The notes beneath the pieces are model-generated. The model was not told the origin of the DNA. It ran no database searches and saw only the letters and a list, made by a program, of their open reading frames with translations. A program made the translations under genes and the position numbers. 64,000 nt of DNA from an uncultured Acidobacteriota bacterium (GTDB lineage: Bacteria > Acidobacteriota > Terriglobia > UBA7540): the NCBI GenBank assembly GCA_963804995.1, contig CAWDSK010000009.1, forward strand, positions 256,001 through 320,000, read 5' to 3'. Below are positions 39,739 through 50,948 of the stretch, one piece after another; the first letter of the stretch is position 1; each line of letters begins with the position of its first letter.

Positions 39739-41292
39739 TCAATGTGAGAAGTGCCGCATCCCGGTTAAGAGCATCGCCAGGTGATGCTGGTTGGCGGCGG
39801 CGATGACTTCGTTATCGCGGACCGAGCCGCCCGGTTGCACGATGGCTGTGACTCCCGTCCGCGCCGCCTCTTCCACTCCATCTGTAAAAGGAAAGTAGGC
39901 ATCGGAGGCGAGTACGGTACCTTCGAGCGAGTGCTTCAATTCCCGCGCCTTGGTGGCTCCCAGTCGGACGGAGTCCACGCGGCTCATCTGGCCCGCCCCC
40001 ACGCCCACCAAAACTCCCGCACGCGCATAGACGATCGCATTCGATTTCACGTGCTTGACCACTCGCCATGCGAAAATCAATGCCTCCCTCTCTTCCGGCG
40101 TTGGCGGGCGTTCGGTAACGCATTTCCACAGGGAAGGTTCGAGGGGCAGGTGATCCGGCGTCTGGACGAGCAATCCGCCTCCTACTACTTTAAGCTGGAG
40201 CCCGCAATCATCCCCCGCCGTCGCCGACATATCGAGGAGGCGAAGGTTCTTCTTGCCGGCCAACCGCTCGAGCGCGGCTGCCTCAAACCCGGGTGCCACG
40301 ACAGCTTCTACAAACAGCTTGGACAACTCCTCTGCGGCCGGCCCGTCCAGGGCGCGGTTGAAGGCAATTACCGAACCAAAGGCTGAGACAGGGTCTACAG
40401 CCAGGGCGCGCTGGTAACTTTCCAAGAGCGTCTTGCCCGTGGCGGCTCCGCAAGGGTTCGTGTGCTTGATGATGACCGTGGTGGGATCCGTGAATTCCTG
40501 CACGAGACGCCACGCGGCTTCGATATCCACCAAGTTGTTGAAGGAAAGTTCCTTGCCCTGGAGTTGCAGCGCTGCCGCCAAGCCCCGCCCCGCCGCGTCG
40601 GGCCGGCGATAGAGCGCCGCCTTCTGATGCGGATTCTCACCGTACCTCAAATCCGCCAGCTTACGGTAGGTCAGGTGGAGTGTCTCGGGCAAATCTCCAT
40701 TGGCCGCTTCTTGCAAGGTCGTGGAGATGGCGCCATCGTATGCCGCCGTGGTTGCGAACGCTTTGCGCGCCAAGCGGGCACGCGTTTCCCGTGAAATGTT
40801 TCCGTCCTGCTTCCGCAGTTCTTCCAGGACGGACGCGTAATCGGCAGCGTCCACCAGAACCGCAACGTCCTCGAAGTTCTTCGCCGCCGAGCGGATCATT
40901 GAGGGACCGCCAATATCGATGTTCTCGATCAATTCTTCCCGGGTCACGCCGGGCTTCGCGGCGGTCTTTTCGAACGGATAGAGATTCACCACCACCAGAT
41001 CAATGTATTCGATGCCGTGCTCTTTGACCTGCGCCTGATGTTGGGCATTCGAGCGGATGGCCAGGAGTCCGCCGTGAACTTTGGGGTGAAGAGTCTTGAC
41101 CCGCCCATCAAGCATTTCTGGAAATCCGGTCACCTCCGCAACGTCCCTGACCTTCAGGCCCTCCGCGCGGAGGAGTTTGGCTGTTCCGCCCGTGGAGATT
41201 AATTCGACACCCAGCGTGGCAAGCCCGGCGGCCAGTTCGGCCACACCGGTTTTATCGCTGACGCTAATCAGCGCCCGTGAAATTTTTCGCAT
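39739..41292 (-). CDS. purH: Bifunctional AICAR transformylase / IMP cyclohydrolase
   Basis: ALISVSDK, GRVKTLHP, IDIGGP, LRYGENPHQ, KHTNPCG, ASDAYFPF. Confidence 0.98.
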   Translation of the reverse strand: MRKISRALISVSDKTGVAELAAGLATLGVELISTGGTAKLLRAEGLKVRDVAEVTGFPEMLDGRVKTLHPKVHGGLLAIRSNAQHQAQVKEHGIEYIDLVVVNLYPFEKTAAKPGVTREELIENIDIGGPSMIRSAAKNFEDVAVLVDAADYASVLEELRKQDGNISRETRARLARKAFATTAAYDGAISTTLQEAANGDLPETLHLTYRKLADLRYGENPHQKAALYRRPDAAGRGLAAALQLQGKELSFNNLVDIEAAWRLVQEFTDPTTVIIKHTNPCGAATGKTLLESYQRALAVDPVSAFGSVIAFNRALDGPAAEELSKLFVEAVVAPGFEAAALERLAGKKNLRLLDMSATAGDDCGLQLKVVGGGLLVQTPDHLPLEPSLWKCVTERPPTPEEREALIFAWRVVKHVKSNAIVYARAGVLVGVGAGQMSRVDSVRLGATKARELKHSLEGTVLASDAYFPFTDGVEEAARTGVTAIVQPGGSVRDNEVIAAANQHHLAMLLTGMRHFSH

Positions 41293-41480
41293 GAAGACTC
41301 CTTAGAAACGAAGAGGATGAATTCTACTCTGGTGCCGCACCCGCCTGCAATGTGTCGGCGCATAGCGCCAAGCCGGCGGTTACGGTCTTCTTACGATGAG
41401 CCAATCATGAAGCTTTGAAAAGCAGCAAGGATGTTGCTTCCGAGTGGAGGGAAGCGTCCCAGGAGGCGCCGTCGAACGCT

Positions 41481-42041
41481 TCAGTCCGCTTTCGTGGCCT
41501 TGAACTTGACTTTGCCTCCCTCTACCGAGACGGAGAACTGGACCTTTTCGCAGCCCAGCGTGTCTTTGATCTGCTTGGTCTTAGTCCGGAGAAATTTCTG
41601 AAAGACGTCAGGATTGAGGCTCTCGGTCGGTTCCCCAACTTGCCGTTTGGCGTCGAGCATGGCGTGCAGGAGTCCCTGCACCTTCTCGCTCTCCGCATCC
41701 GGATCAGACCAGACCACGCGCACCACGCCGTCGGCGGCGGGTATTTTTTTATGCCGCCGCGGCACAATGCCGGTAAGGCTTCTGCCTTCTTCCTTTTCCT
41801 GGAGTTTGCGCCGCCAAAGGTTGGCATTAACCGCATATTTCTGCACGATAGCAGTGAACCGGAAGCGCTGGCTGAAATTGAGTTTGGATTGGTCGCTGGA
41901 ATAACGCTTGATTGTAGACTCAACCCGGTAGAGGGTATCGTGAGGAGGCCGCGGCACACTGCCGTTGAAATACACTTCGTACTCAATCTTGAGGCGGCGG
42001 AGGTCGTCATCCAACTTGTTCAATTCCTCGTCAATTGTCAT
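41481..42041 (-). CDS. Conserved hypothetical protein (MXAN_5187 C-terminal-like)
   Basis: LKIEYEVYFNG..PP N-terminus and F.VSVEGGKVKFKA C-terminus. Confidence 0.7.
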   Translation of the reverse strand: MTIDEELNKLDDDLRRLKIEYEVYFNGSVPRPPHDTLYRVESTIKRYSSDQSKLNFSQRFRFTAIVQKYAVNANLWRRKLQEKEEGRSLTGIVPRRHKKIPAADGVVRVVWSDPDAESEKVQGLLHAMLDAKRQVGEPTESLNPDVFQKFLRTKTKQIKDTLGCEKVQFSVSVEGGKVKFKATKAD

Positions 42042-42205
42042 GGAAGCGCCTCAAGCCTCGGCCGGAAGTGAAAATTATACTCCCTAGTAAACGAGGCGCG
42101 TCAATCGGAAAGTTGACGGCCATTGCCGACTATGTTGAAATGTCGCCGGCAGCCCAGGGGCGGGTTCTTCGCCTGTTACCTCAGGGGTTCTCAGCCGGAG
42201 CGGGT

Positions 42206-43619
42206 ATGAACTCCCCAAAACATGATTCCGGATCGGAGGCTGGCAGCGTGCTCCGCCAGATCCCGGCGGTGGATGAGCTGCTGAATCGCCAAAGCCTGCG
42301 TGAACTCGAAGCCCGAGTCGGACACCGCTTGGTGGTCGAGGCCACGCGTAAAGTTCTCCAGGGCTTGCGACAAAGGATTGCCGACGGCAACTTGGCCAGT
42401 GTTCCCCTCGAATGGTTAGAGAAGGAAATCGTGGCGGAAGCGGAAGGTGGGGCGGGGTTCTCCCTCCAGCCGGTGATCAACGCCACGGGCGTGATTCTCC
42501 ACACCAACCTGGGACGCGCCCCGCTGGCGAGGGAAGCTCTCGAGCACTTGGTCGAGACTGCCGGGCGTTATTCCAATCTGGAGTACGACCTTGAGCGCGG
42601 TGAACGGGGCAAGCGTGACACGCACACTGACCGCCTCTTCGGCGAGTTGCTGGGTGCGGAGCGGGCGCTGGTGGTCAACAACAATGCCGCCGCTGTTTTC
42701 CTGGCTCTGAACACGCTGGCTGAGGGTTCAGAGGTCATTGTCTCGCGCGGAGAGCTGATTGAAATCGGAGGATCGTTCCGCATTCCGGAGGTTTGCGCGA
42801 AGAGCGGCGCCGTGCTGCGCGAGGTAGGCACGACCAACCGTACACGTGCCAGCGATTACACCGCAGCCATCAACGAGCGCACGCGCGTACTTTTGCGCGT
42901 GCACCCCAGCAACTTTCGCATCGTGGGCTTCACGGAGCGGCCGGGTCTGAATGAACTGGTGGAGCTGGCCCGGAAGCACAACTTGCTGGTCATGGAGGAT
43001 CTGGGTAGCGGATGTTTGGTGGACCTCGCTGCTTGGGGAATGCGGGATGAACCACCAGCCAGCCTCAGCCTGAAAGCGGGAGTGGAGGTCGTAACTTTCA
43101 GTGGAGACAAATTGTTGGGAGGCCCGCAGGCGGGAATTCTGGTGGGTAAACGCGCGCCCCTCGAAGCGCATTCGCAAGAATCCTCTCTTCCGCGCCCTGC
43201 GCGTGGATAAATTGACGGTTGCGGCGTTGGAAGCAACTGTCTCACTGTATTTGCGCGGCCAGCTTGATGCCATTCCCGCCCTGCGGATGATGCGGCTTTC
43301 CCGGCAGGAAATCACTCCACGGGCTGAGCGGTTGGCGGAAAGGATCTCGGAGCGGCTTGGCTTCTTCGCCACCGTCCGGGAGGGGGAATCCCTGATGGGT
43401 GGTGGCTCAACTCCCGGGCAGGGGCTTCCCACTTCCCTCGTGGCCGTCACGCATGCCCGGCACAGTGCTCAGGAGTTGGAGGAAGTTCTGCGCCGCCATA
43501 AGCCCGCCGTGGTGGCGCGCCTGGATCAGAACGAATTGATTCTCGACCTCCGAACTGTTTTCGAAGGTCAGGAGGATGAAATCGTCCGGGCATTTGAACC
43601 ATTGACGATTGATGATTGA
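42206..43619 (+). CDS. selA: L-seryl-tRNA(Sec) selenium transferase, frameshifted at ~43164
   Basis: VINATGVILHTNLGRAPL, VNNNAAA, EIGGSFRIP, FSGDKLLGGPQAG; continues as RIRKNPLFRALRVDK in another frame. Confidence 0.93.
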
Positions 43620-43745
43620 AAAGGGATGATCGACGATGGCTCATCAATTGTTGGTGGACCATCGACATTCGAAAACTCATTCACTCGGCCATCGGGTAGC
43701 AATAATGCTCTCAATCGTCAATCGACAATCTTGAATCGAAAATCC

Positions 43746-44699
43746 ATGAAAGCTCTCTACTTCGATAGAAAGCTCCAATTGCGGGAAGTCGAAAAGCCCC
43801 AGAGAGCGCCGGGCGAAGCACTGATCCAGGTTCTATTGGCCGGCATCTGCGGCACAGATAGAGAAATCTTGAAAGGTTACTCGGGGTTTCAGGGAATCCC
43901 CGGCCACGAGTTTGTAGGCCGGGTGGTGGAATCTGACGACCCCAAGTGGATTGGCCAGCGCGTGGTGGGAGAGATCAACCTTGCCTGCGGCCGGTGCGAG
44001 TGGTGTGCGAAACGCTTGGGCCGGCATTGCCCGCACCGAACTGTGCTGGGGATTGTGAACCACGACGGCGCGTTTGCCGAATTCCTGACCCTGCCGGTCG
44101 AGAATCTTCACCGGGTCCCCGAGGAGATTTCGGACCAGGCGGCGACCTTCGTGGAACCCGTGGCCGCGGCCGCGGAAATCCTGGAACAGATCCCCCTCGC
44201 CCCGGCGACCCGCGTGGCGATTGTCGGCGACGGAAGGCTGGGCCTCCTGACCGCCCAAGTGCTGAAACACGCGGGGGCCGAGGTGACCATGGTGGGACGC
44301 CATCCCTGGAAGCTGGATTTGGCGCGGGGCTGGGGCGTCCGGGTTTTGAGCGAAGGCACAGAGGAGCTCGCCTCCCGCAGCTTTCCCGTGACCGTGGAGG
44401 CAACGGGCTCGCCGCGCGGCCTCAGCGAAGCGCTGCGGCTGGTCGAGCCGCGCGGGACGGTGGTGATGAAGTCCACCTTTCATGGTGCGGCGCACTTCGA
44501 TGCGACGAAACTTGTGGTCGACGAGGTTACGCTGCTGGGCTCCCGGTGCGGACTCTTTGCGCCGGCTCTGGATTTACTCCGCCAGGGGCAGGTGACGGTT
44601 CATCATCTGATCAGCAAAGTATTTCCGCTGGAGCGGGGCCGTGAGGCCTTCGAGTATTTGGATCAAACTTCGGCGTTGAAGGTCCTGCTCGTACCCTGA
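43746..44699 (+). CDS. Zn-dependent alcohol dehydrogenase family protein
   Basis: GICGTD, GHEFVG, CGRCEWC..C, VGDGRLG. Confidence 0.9.
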   Translation: MKALYFDRKLQLREVEKPQRAPGEALIQVLLAGICGTDREILKGYSGFQGIPGHEFVGRVVESDDPKWIGQRVVGEINLACGRCEWCAKRLGRHCPHRTVLGIVNHDGAFAEFLTLPVENLHRVPEEISDQAATFVEPVAAAAEILEQIPLAPATRVAIVGDGRLGLLTAQVLKHAGAEVTMVGRHPWKLDLARGWGVRVLSEGTEELASRSFPVTVEATGSPRGLSEALRLVEPRGTVVMKSTFHGAAHFDATKLVVDEVTLLGSRCGLFAPALDLLRQGQVTVHHLISKVFPLERGREAFEYLDQTSALKVLLVP

Positions 44700-44823
44700 A
44701 CCCGCTGGTTGAACTCGGCGGCGGATGGTAGACTTTTCAGGTTGTGGAACACAAAGAGGCGTAGGCCCCTCGAAGGTCTTGCGCAACGGCTTCATAAAGT
44801 AGTTTCAAGCGAGGGAAGGTGGC

Positions 44824-45639
44824 ATGGGCGGCCCATCGGCTCCAAAGTCCCGATTCTTTCATTTCCTAGTACTGTTGTTCGCGGTTGGCGTGTTCGGTGC
44901 GGGTAATTTGCAGGCGAAGAAGACACTGCCGCCGCAGCCGCCGCCCCCCGCCCTGGCCGTGCATATCAACGATCTAGCCAAGCAACTTCCGGGCATGTTA
45001 CTTGAAGATGCAGCGCCCATCACGGACGAGATCCAAAAGCTGGTGGTGGATCACCTGACGGAATGGATGGCGAATCGTACGCCCTCAGACGTGGAAGTGC
45101 GCCGCGAACTGGAAAGTGCCTTCTCGTTACTGCACTACCCGGTCACGGGTGACGCGGCGGCCTTTGCTTACCCTTGGAAGGGGAACATCGTCATCGGCGC
45201 GGGGTACACTCTGGGCTGGACCGGCTTCAACAAGCAAAATGTCGTTGCCATCTTTGCGAGTCGCGAGGGCAAGAGCCGGTTTGCGGCATTGACCAACTTT
45301 GCCCCCTATGCTGACCTGCACTATGAATTCCTGCCCGCCCGCGGCTGGGATGACTTGCGCTTCTTTATTTATGGATTCCGGCCGGGCAAGAGCCAACTGC
45401 GGCTCACGGCCATCCTTTATTCATTCGATGGGGAGAACTTGAAGTCGCTGTGGGAAACGCACAACGTTTATGACGGGAAGATGGACGTACAAGAAACCAA
45501 GGTTGTGATCCGCTATCTCCGCGAAGATGAGTACATTCGAGAAGTCAACGCCAAGCGCCGTCCTCCCCGCCACGAGGCCGTCTATCTCATTACCCCTAGT
45601 GGTCTACAACTCCAGGACGACCACGAGATTCCCTTCTAG
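44824..45639 (+). CDS. Exported hypothetical protein
   Basis: Signal peptide, Pro-rich linker, 271 aa. Confidence 0.7.
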   Translation: MGGPSAPKSRFFHFLVLLFAVGVFGAGNLQAKKTLPPQPPPPALAVHINDLAKQLPGMLLEDAAPITDEIQKLVVDHLTEWMANRTPSDVEVRRELESAFSLLHYPVTGDAAAFAYPWKGNIVIGAGYTLGWTGFNKQNVVAIFASREGKSRFAALTNFAPYADLHYEFLPARGWDDLRFFIYGFRPGKSQLRLTAILYSFDGENLKSLWETHNVYDGKMDVQETKVVIRYLREDEYIREVNAKRRPPRHEAVYLITPSGLQLQDDHEIPF

Positions 45640-45792
45640 AATCGGGTGATCGGTTGATCCGAAGATCGGTGGAACAACGAAAGCACGCGGATCGAAAGAC
45701 TAAACTCGCGCCTCATACTCCAGCAATTATCGAATTTCGACTTTGGCCTCGGTTATTTGCTCACCCGATTACCGGATCGTCCGATCATCGGA

Positions 45793-46350
45793 TTAATTGG
45801 CGCGCTCCACGTATTTGCCTTCCCAGGTATCGACGCGAATCTTCTCCCCCTCGCCGATAAAAGGTGGCACCTGAACTATCAATCCGGTCTCGAGCTTGGC
45901 CGGCTTGGTAACATTGGTCGCTGAGCCGCCTTTGATGCCTGGTTCAGTTTCCACCACTTTCAGATCCACAGTGGCGGGCAACTCGATGTCCACGGGACGC
46001 CCCTCGAAGAATTCCACTTTGAGCATAACTTCAGGAACCAGGTAAGCAGCGCGGTCACCCACCGTCTCCTTGTGGAGGGAAATCTGTTCGTAGTTCGCCG
46101 TGTTCATAAAACAATATGAATCACCGTCGGCATAGAGGTACTGCATCTCAACTTCGTCAATTTGGGCGCGCTCAACCGTGTCTTCCGAGCGGAAGCGGTG
46201 GTCACTGAGCGAGCCAGTACGCAGGTTGCGCATGCGGGCCTGAACAAAAGCGCGCAGGTTGCCGGGCGTGCGGTGCTCCGCCTTGTGGATGGAAAAGAGC
46301 TCATTGTTGTGCCTGATGATCATTCCAGGCCGGAGATCATTCGCGTTCAT
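45793..46350 (-). CDS. efp: Elongation factor P
   Basis: ANDLRPGM, HRTPGNLRAFV, MQYLY, KPAKLETG..VPPFI.EGEKI.VDT..Y.ER. Confidence 0.96.
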   Translation of the reverse strand: MNANDLRPGMIIRHNNELFSIHKAEHRTPGNLRAFVQARMRNLRTGSLSDHRFRSEDTVERAQIDEVEMQYLYADGDSYCFMNTANYEQISLHKETVGDRAAYLVPEVMLKVEFFEGRPVDIELPATVDLKVVETEPGIKGGSATNVTKPAKLETGLIVQVPPFIGEGEKIRVDTWEGKYVERAN

Positions 46351-46435
46351 AAGTGTTCCTTCAGTTAGATGGAGGTGGGGCTTAACACAGGATGGAGAAC
46401 CAGGGAGTCCTTTCCCGCAAGAGCCCGAATAAGAA

Positions 46436-46464
46436 ATTCTACCGACTTCCCGCGGTTCCGTCAA
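46436..46464 (-). promoter_or_regulatory. sigma70 promoter of efp
   Basis: TTGACG-N17-TAGAAT. Confidence 0.65.
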
Positions 46465-46915
46465 CGTTGGGACTGCCCTCGGGCGATCCCCACCCTGAGT
46501 TCTGGGCCCCCGAGAAACAGCCAACAGCAGGCCATCGGGCGGAGCTCACCCGGCCGCGACAAGCAGCTAGTGTGGTGCGACACAGGCAATGGTACCTGTA
46601 ACGCCGGCCTTTAAGGCGGCACATCCCGGGCTCAAACCCGGCGCTGCAACCCCCAACCTGGAGTATCGGTCGGAGGCATTCATTCGAACCGCGGCGACAA
46701 ATGGGTCAGTTTGGTCTTTTTGTGGAGCCGTCTACCTGCCCCGGTGTTTTTCATTGGAAAGACCACTGGCTTTTGATTAATAGGGTTCCGGTGCTAATAG
46801 GAACGACGACACTTGCAAGTGGGAACCCTTATGTTATGATGACCTTCGAAACGTGGCAGGAGTTGCAAGCGAGAACGGTTTCGTGGTGGTGCGGATGGAA
46901 GGGGTTTCTACAGAA

Positions 46916-47266
46916 ATGGCCGTGCGTCGACGAAGCCTACGAATCGTCATGAGAGTGCCGCTCTACGTCAGCCCCGCGGGCGCCCCCCCCACGGCAGAGT
47001 GGGAGCCTGTTGAGACCCTGGTGATCAGCCTGCACGGAGGGCTGATCCGCACCCACCAACGGTTTTCTGTGGGCACAACGCTGGATATCCGTATGCGCAA
47101 CGCGCAGCGATCAACCCGGGGCCGAGTCGTATGGACTGCTTCGGGGGCGGAAGAAGTTGCAGTTGAAGTGGGCTTTGAGATTCTGGAACCGCCGGGGTTT
47201 TGGGAAATCAACTTCCCTCCTGACCGATGGTCAGAGACCGTCCGATCTTCTTCCCGCCCATGCTAA
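46916..47266 (+). CDS. PilZ-domain protein
   Basis: RRRSLR, ISLHGG, GRVVW, VGFE. Confidence 0.7.
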   Translation: MAVRRRSLRIVMRVPLYVSPAGAPPTAEWEPVETLVISLHGGLIRTHQRFSVGTTLDIRMRNAQRSTRGRVVWTASGAEEVAVEVGFEILEPPGFWEINFPPDRWSETVRSSSRPC

Positions 47267-47280
47267 GAAAGGCCCCGGAC

Positions 47281-47745
47281 ATGCCTTTGCCAAAAGATGG
47301 CCCGCTGTTGGTGCGTGAGTTCATGGCGACTGAACTCACGACTCTGCAGGAAGACGAGGCTCTGCTCGACGCGACGCTGATCTTCTCCCGCTCCACCATT
47401 CGCCACATCCCCATTCTGCGCGGCAAGCAACTGGTAGGAATCGTCACCGAACGAGACTTGAAGCATTACACCCCATCAATCCTCTCGGGAATTCCCGTCG
47501 CGGAATACAACCGGCTGATGGCAACCACCCCCCTCTCCAAGATCATGACGCGCGATCTGCTCACGATCCGCCCGAACGCATTCATTTATGAGGCCCTGCA
47601 AATCCTCTTGGACCACCGCATCGGTTGCTTGCCGGTGGTCGAGCAGAGTGAGTTGAAGGGGATCATTACCGCTACCGACATGATGCGGCTGCTCGCCGAA
47701 TTGCTGATAGAACGGGGGGACGTGCCCCCCGGGGGTCCTAGCTGA
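47281..47745 (+). CDS. CBS-domain protein (AcuB-like)
   Basis: VREFM, IRHIPI..LVGIVTERD, IGCLPVV..GIIT.TD. Confidence 0.9.
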   Translation: MPLPKDGPLLVREFMATELTTLQEDEALLDATLIFSRSTIRHIPILRGKQLVGIVTERDLKHYTPSILSGIPVAEYNRLMATTPLSKIMTRDLLTIRPNAFIYEALQILLDHRIGCLPVVEQSELKGIITATDMMRLLAELLIERGDVPPGGPS

Positions 47746-47819
47746 CCACACACCGGCTTCCGGTTCTCTTGCGTTCTGTTGCCCCTCCGCGGTAAATTGC
47801 TTCCGGTTTAATCCTTGTC

Positions 47820-48509
47820 ATGAACTGGCTCAACCTTCCGCGTCAACCTGAACCCGAAGTGATGAACGATCAGGCAGAAGTGGAAGTGTATGCGTCCACG
47901 GCCGCGCAGTCCTTCCTCGACGCCATCGACAACACTCTGGTGGACCAGGTTCTATCCTTTGCCCCCACGGGACTTTTGCTGGACATCGGAACCGGGCCGG
48001 GCGGAATTCCTCTGAAGATCGCGCGCCGTTGCCCGGAGATCCGGGTGGTGGGCGTGGACCGCTCCGCGAACATGATCGCCGCAGCGCGCCGCGCCGCGTC
48101 CGAACAGGGCTTGAGTGAGCGCGCCTCCTTCCTACTCACTGATGCCTGCCAGCTTGCTTTCCCCACGGGCCACTTCGACGTGGTGCTTTCTAACTCCGTG
48201 CTGCATCACATGGACCAGCCCGTCGCACTCATCCAGGAAATGGCGCGGGTGGCAAAGCCCGCTGGGCTGATCCTGCTCCGTGACCTTCGCCGCCCTTCGC
48301 GCCTGGCTCTTCCCTTTCACGTGCGATGGCACGGGCGGTATTATTCCGGACTCATGTACCGGCTCTTCGTGAACTCCGTGCGGGCAGCTTACACGCCTGA
48401 AGAACTTGCGGCCTTCCTGCGCGCATCATCTTTGCCACAGGCGAAGGTCTTTGTTCACAAGCGCACGCACTTGGGTTTCGTTCGCGACGGGCGAAGGAGC
48501 GGAAACTGA
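47820..48509 (+). CDS. Class I SAM-dependent methyltransferase
   Basis: LLDIGTGPG, GVDRS, FDVVLSNSVLHH. Confidence 0.9.
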   Translation: MNWLNLPRQPEPEVMNDQAEVEVYASTAAQSFLDAIDNTLVDQVLSFAPTGLLLDIGTGPGGIPLKIARRCPEIRVVGVDRSANMIAAARRAASEQGLSERASFLLTDACQLAFPTGHFDVVLSNSVLHHMDQPVALIQEMARVAKPAGLILLRDLRRPSRLALPFHVRWHGRYYSGLMYRLFVNSVRAAYTPEELAAFLRASSLPQAKVFVHKRTHLGFVRDGRRSGN

Positions 48510-48592
48510 TGCGCGGCCCAGACCGGACGGCACAGGCGATAAAGCCTGAAAGGGTTTTCGACAGGAACGTCCAAGTGCTCTGGGGCGTGAGG

Positions 48593-49188
48593 ATGCAACA
48601 GAGCATCCCGGCGCGCGCCCTGCTCCTGGCACTGGCCTGCGCCCTTACCGGCGTCCTGGGGGCAGCCAAGGATAAGGCGCCAGTTCAATACCAGATCCCC
48701 CTCCCCCCGGCGCCGGATTTCTCAGCGGTAGATTGGCTGGTGGGGGAGTGGTCAGGCAAAACCTTGCCGAACAGCCCCGCCGGGGACGTCCGTCTCACCG
48801 TCAACCTGGACCTCGAAAAGCACTACCTTACCTTTCGAGGCCAAGTCTCGCTGGCGGCGACTCAAACCGTGGCGGCCACCAAAGAGTCCTGGATGGGAAT
48901 CCTCAGCGCAGAATCGCAGGGAGCAGGATTCACTCTGAGCGTGTTCTCGAGTACCGGTTTCATCAGTCGCTATCGCGTCACGGTGGAAGGGCCGTTGGTG
49001 CGGCTGAACCCCGAGGGGGGGATCAGCCTCCGCCCGGGTGGCTGTTCCGAAGAGTCCTGGAACGTACGGGGCCGGCGGAATTCAGGGAAACCGTGCAGGC
49101 CGCGCCGCCGGGCAAACCCTTCTTTGATTATTACGCGGCTAAACTCACCCGCGTGCCTCCGCTCGAAAAACCAAATCCTGCACCATGA
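48593..49188 (+). CDS. Exported hypothetical protein, frameshift at the G-run 49015-49021
   Basis: Signal peptide, WLVGEWSG; continues as PEGGDQPPPGWLFRR..FFDYYAAKLTRV in another frame. Confidence 0.6.
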
Positions 49189-49310
49189 CTACTCACAGAA
49201 CGGTTAGGAGGTGTAGAATTCTTCTTGCATGTTCGGGGGTAGGCTTCGTGGGAATCGCCGTGTGAACGCCAACGCAAGTCTGCCCGCCAGATTCCCCAGG
49301 AGAAGATTCT

Positions 49311-50843
49311 ATGTCTAAAGGGAAGAAGGTTGCCCTTAGTCTACTGGTTATCCTGCTGGTAGTTGTCGTGGGGCTGGCCATCATCATCCCCCTGCTCGTC
49401 GACGTTGATCGTTACCGGCCGGAAATCGTCGCGCATATCCAGGAGGAGACCGGAAAACCAGCCCAAATCGGGCACCTGGCCCTCACCATCCTTCCTCAGG
49501 TTGCCATCCGCGTGGATGATTTCGCTCTTGGCAACCCTCAAGGGTTCCCGGCCGGGGATTTTGTGAAAGCCAAGGAAATCTACGTGGTCGTTGATACTTC
49601 TGCATTGCTGAACCACAAGGTGGTAATCAACTCCCTGGAGCTGGATAATCCCACCATCCATCTGTTGTCAGACGTCCACGGCAAGTGGAATTTTGAAAAC
49701 CCACCAAGCAAAACGGCCGCTCCAGCCGCTCCGCCCGCCGATCAAAAGGCCGCGTTCACGCTGGGCGTAATCTCCAAAGTAACGATCAAGCATGGAGAGT
49801 TTGCAGCGGCAGACCTGCTTGCCTCTGGTGCTCCGGCGCCGGCATTTATGGAGATTCACGGAGCCGCCATCAACTTGCAGCAGGTGGACTTGAACGCCTT
49901 AACAGCGGCATCGCTCCGGAGGCCCGCGGCACCGCCGGGCGCACTGGCTGCCCTGGCAGGATTGCTTAGCACTGTCGTGTATGCGGCCACTCCGCAGGCG
50001 CCGATGGTCGCTCAGGGGACGCTCCAGGCGGATGCACTGCAATTTGGCGGGCTGGCTGTGACCAAATTGAAGTCGAAGATGCGCCTCTATCCCAAGCAGG
50101 TGTTTTTCGACAATCTCGATTTGAATTGCTATGGCGGAAAAGCTACGGGGAATCTTTCGTTGAACTTCGGAGGCGAAAACCTGAGCTATATTACGGACGC
50201 TCAGATGAAGGGCGTCAACGTCGCCCAGTTTCTGAACGCCTTCCCCCAGGCCCGCGGCATGATGACGGGAACTTTGGAAGGGACAGCCAAGGTGAACGGT
50301 GCGGTCACGCACTCCCCCGATCCCTTGGCGGGCATCCGCGGCACGGGCCAGATGAGCATTCGCGACGGCAAGATGCCCAGCTTGCAGCTCACCAAAAATC
50401 TGCGCACGCTCGCCAAACTGGCAAGCCTCGGCCCCGCCAATGGTGACCCCTCCTCGTTCTCCTCGATCTCCGCAGATTTCAAAATCGCAGAGCAAAGGCT
50501 TTCGAGCAACAAGATCACGGTTGTAGGCAACGGCGTGGATGTGGATGGATCCGGCAGCATGACGATGGCTGGCGAAGGAAGTTTGGATTACCAAGGCGTT
50601 GCCGGTATTGCCGCTAGCGGCAGTAACCCGCTCACGAGTGTCCTGGCCGGTTACTCGGGCGCGACAATGTCGGGGGGCAAGCTGACGTTCCCCTTCACGG
50701 TGGGAGGGACAATCGCCAATCCCAAGTTCTCCCTAAAGGGTGGCGCAGCGACGCCAGGCGGAGCAGCGGCGGCCACGGTGGCGCAACCTGTCAACGCGGT
50801 GCGCGGCATCGCCGGATTGTTTAAGAAGAAACCCCAGCAGTAA
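49311..50843 (+). CDS. AsmA-family protein
   Basis: N-terminal TM, D.DRYRPEI...I...TG, GKWNF, YGG..TG, PF.V.GT..NP. Confidence 0.85.
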   Translation: MSKGKKVALSLLVILLVVVVGLAIIIPLLVDVDRYRPEIVAHIQEETGKPAQIGHLALTILPQVAIRVDDFALGNPQGFPAGDFVKAKEIYVVVDTSALLNHKVVINSLELDNPTIHLLSDVHGKWNFENPPSKTAAPAAPPADQKAAFTLGVISKVTIKHGEFAAADLLASGAPAPAFMEIHGAAINLQQVDLNALTAASLRRPAAPPGALAALAGLLSTVVYAATPQAPMVAQGTLQADALQFGGLAVTKLKSKMRLYPKQVFFDNLDLNCYGGKATGNLSLNFGGENLSYITDAQMKGVNVAQFLNAFPQARGMMTGTLEGTAKVNGAVTHSPDPLAGIRGTGQMSIRDGKMPSLQLTKNLRTLAKLASLGPANGDPSSFSSISADFKIAEQRLSSNKITVVGNGVDVDGSGSMTMAGEGSLDYQGVAGIAASGSNPLTSVLAGYSGATMSGGKLTFPFTVGGTIANPKFSLKGGAATPGGAAAATVAQPVNAVRGIAGLFKKKPQQ

Positions 50844-50948
50844 GAAGGTGTCGCGACGGAGACTTTCGACACCTGGGGCATGACCCCGTGCGACCGGCTG
50901 AGCCATCTCAGGCCAGATGCGGCTTGCTATAACCTACGGAAAAAACCC

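Noticed and set aside
41293..41480. ZTP riboswitch upstream of purH
   Set aside because: No recognisable conserved ZTP motif; only a promoter-like TTGCAG..TAGAAT.
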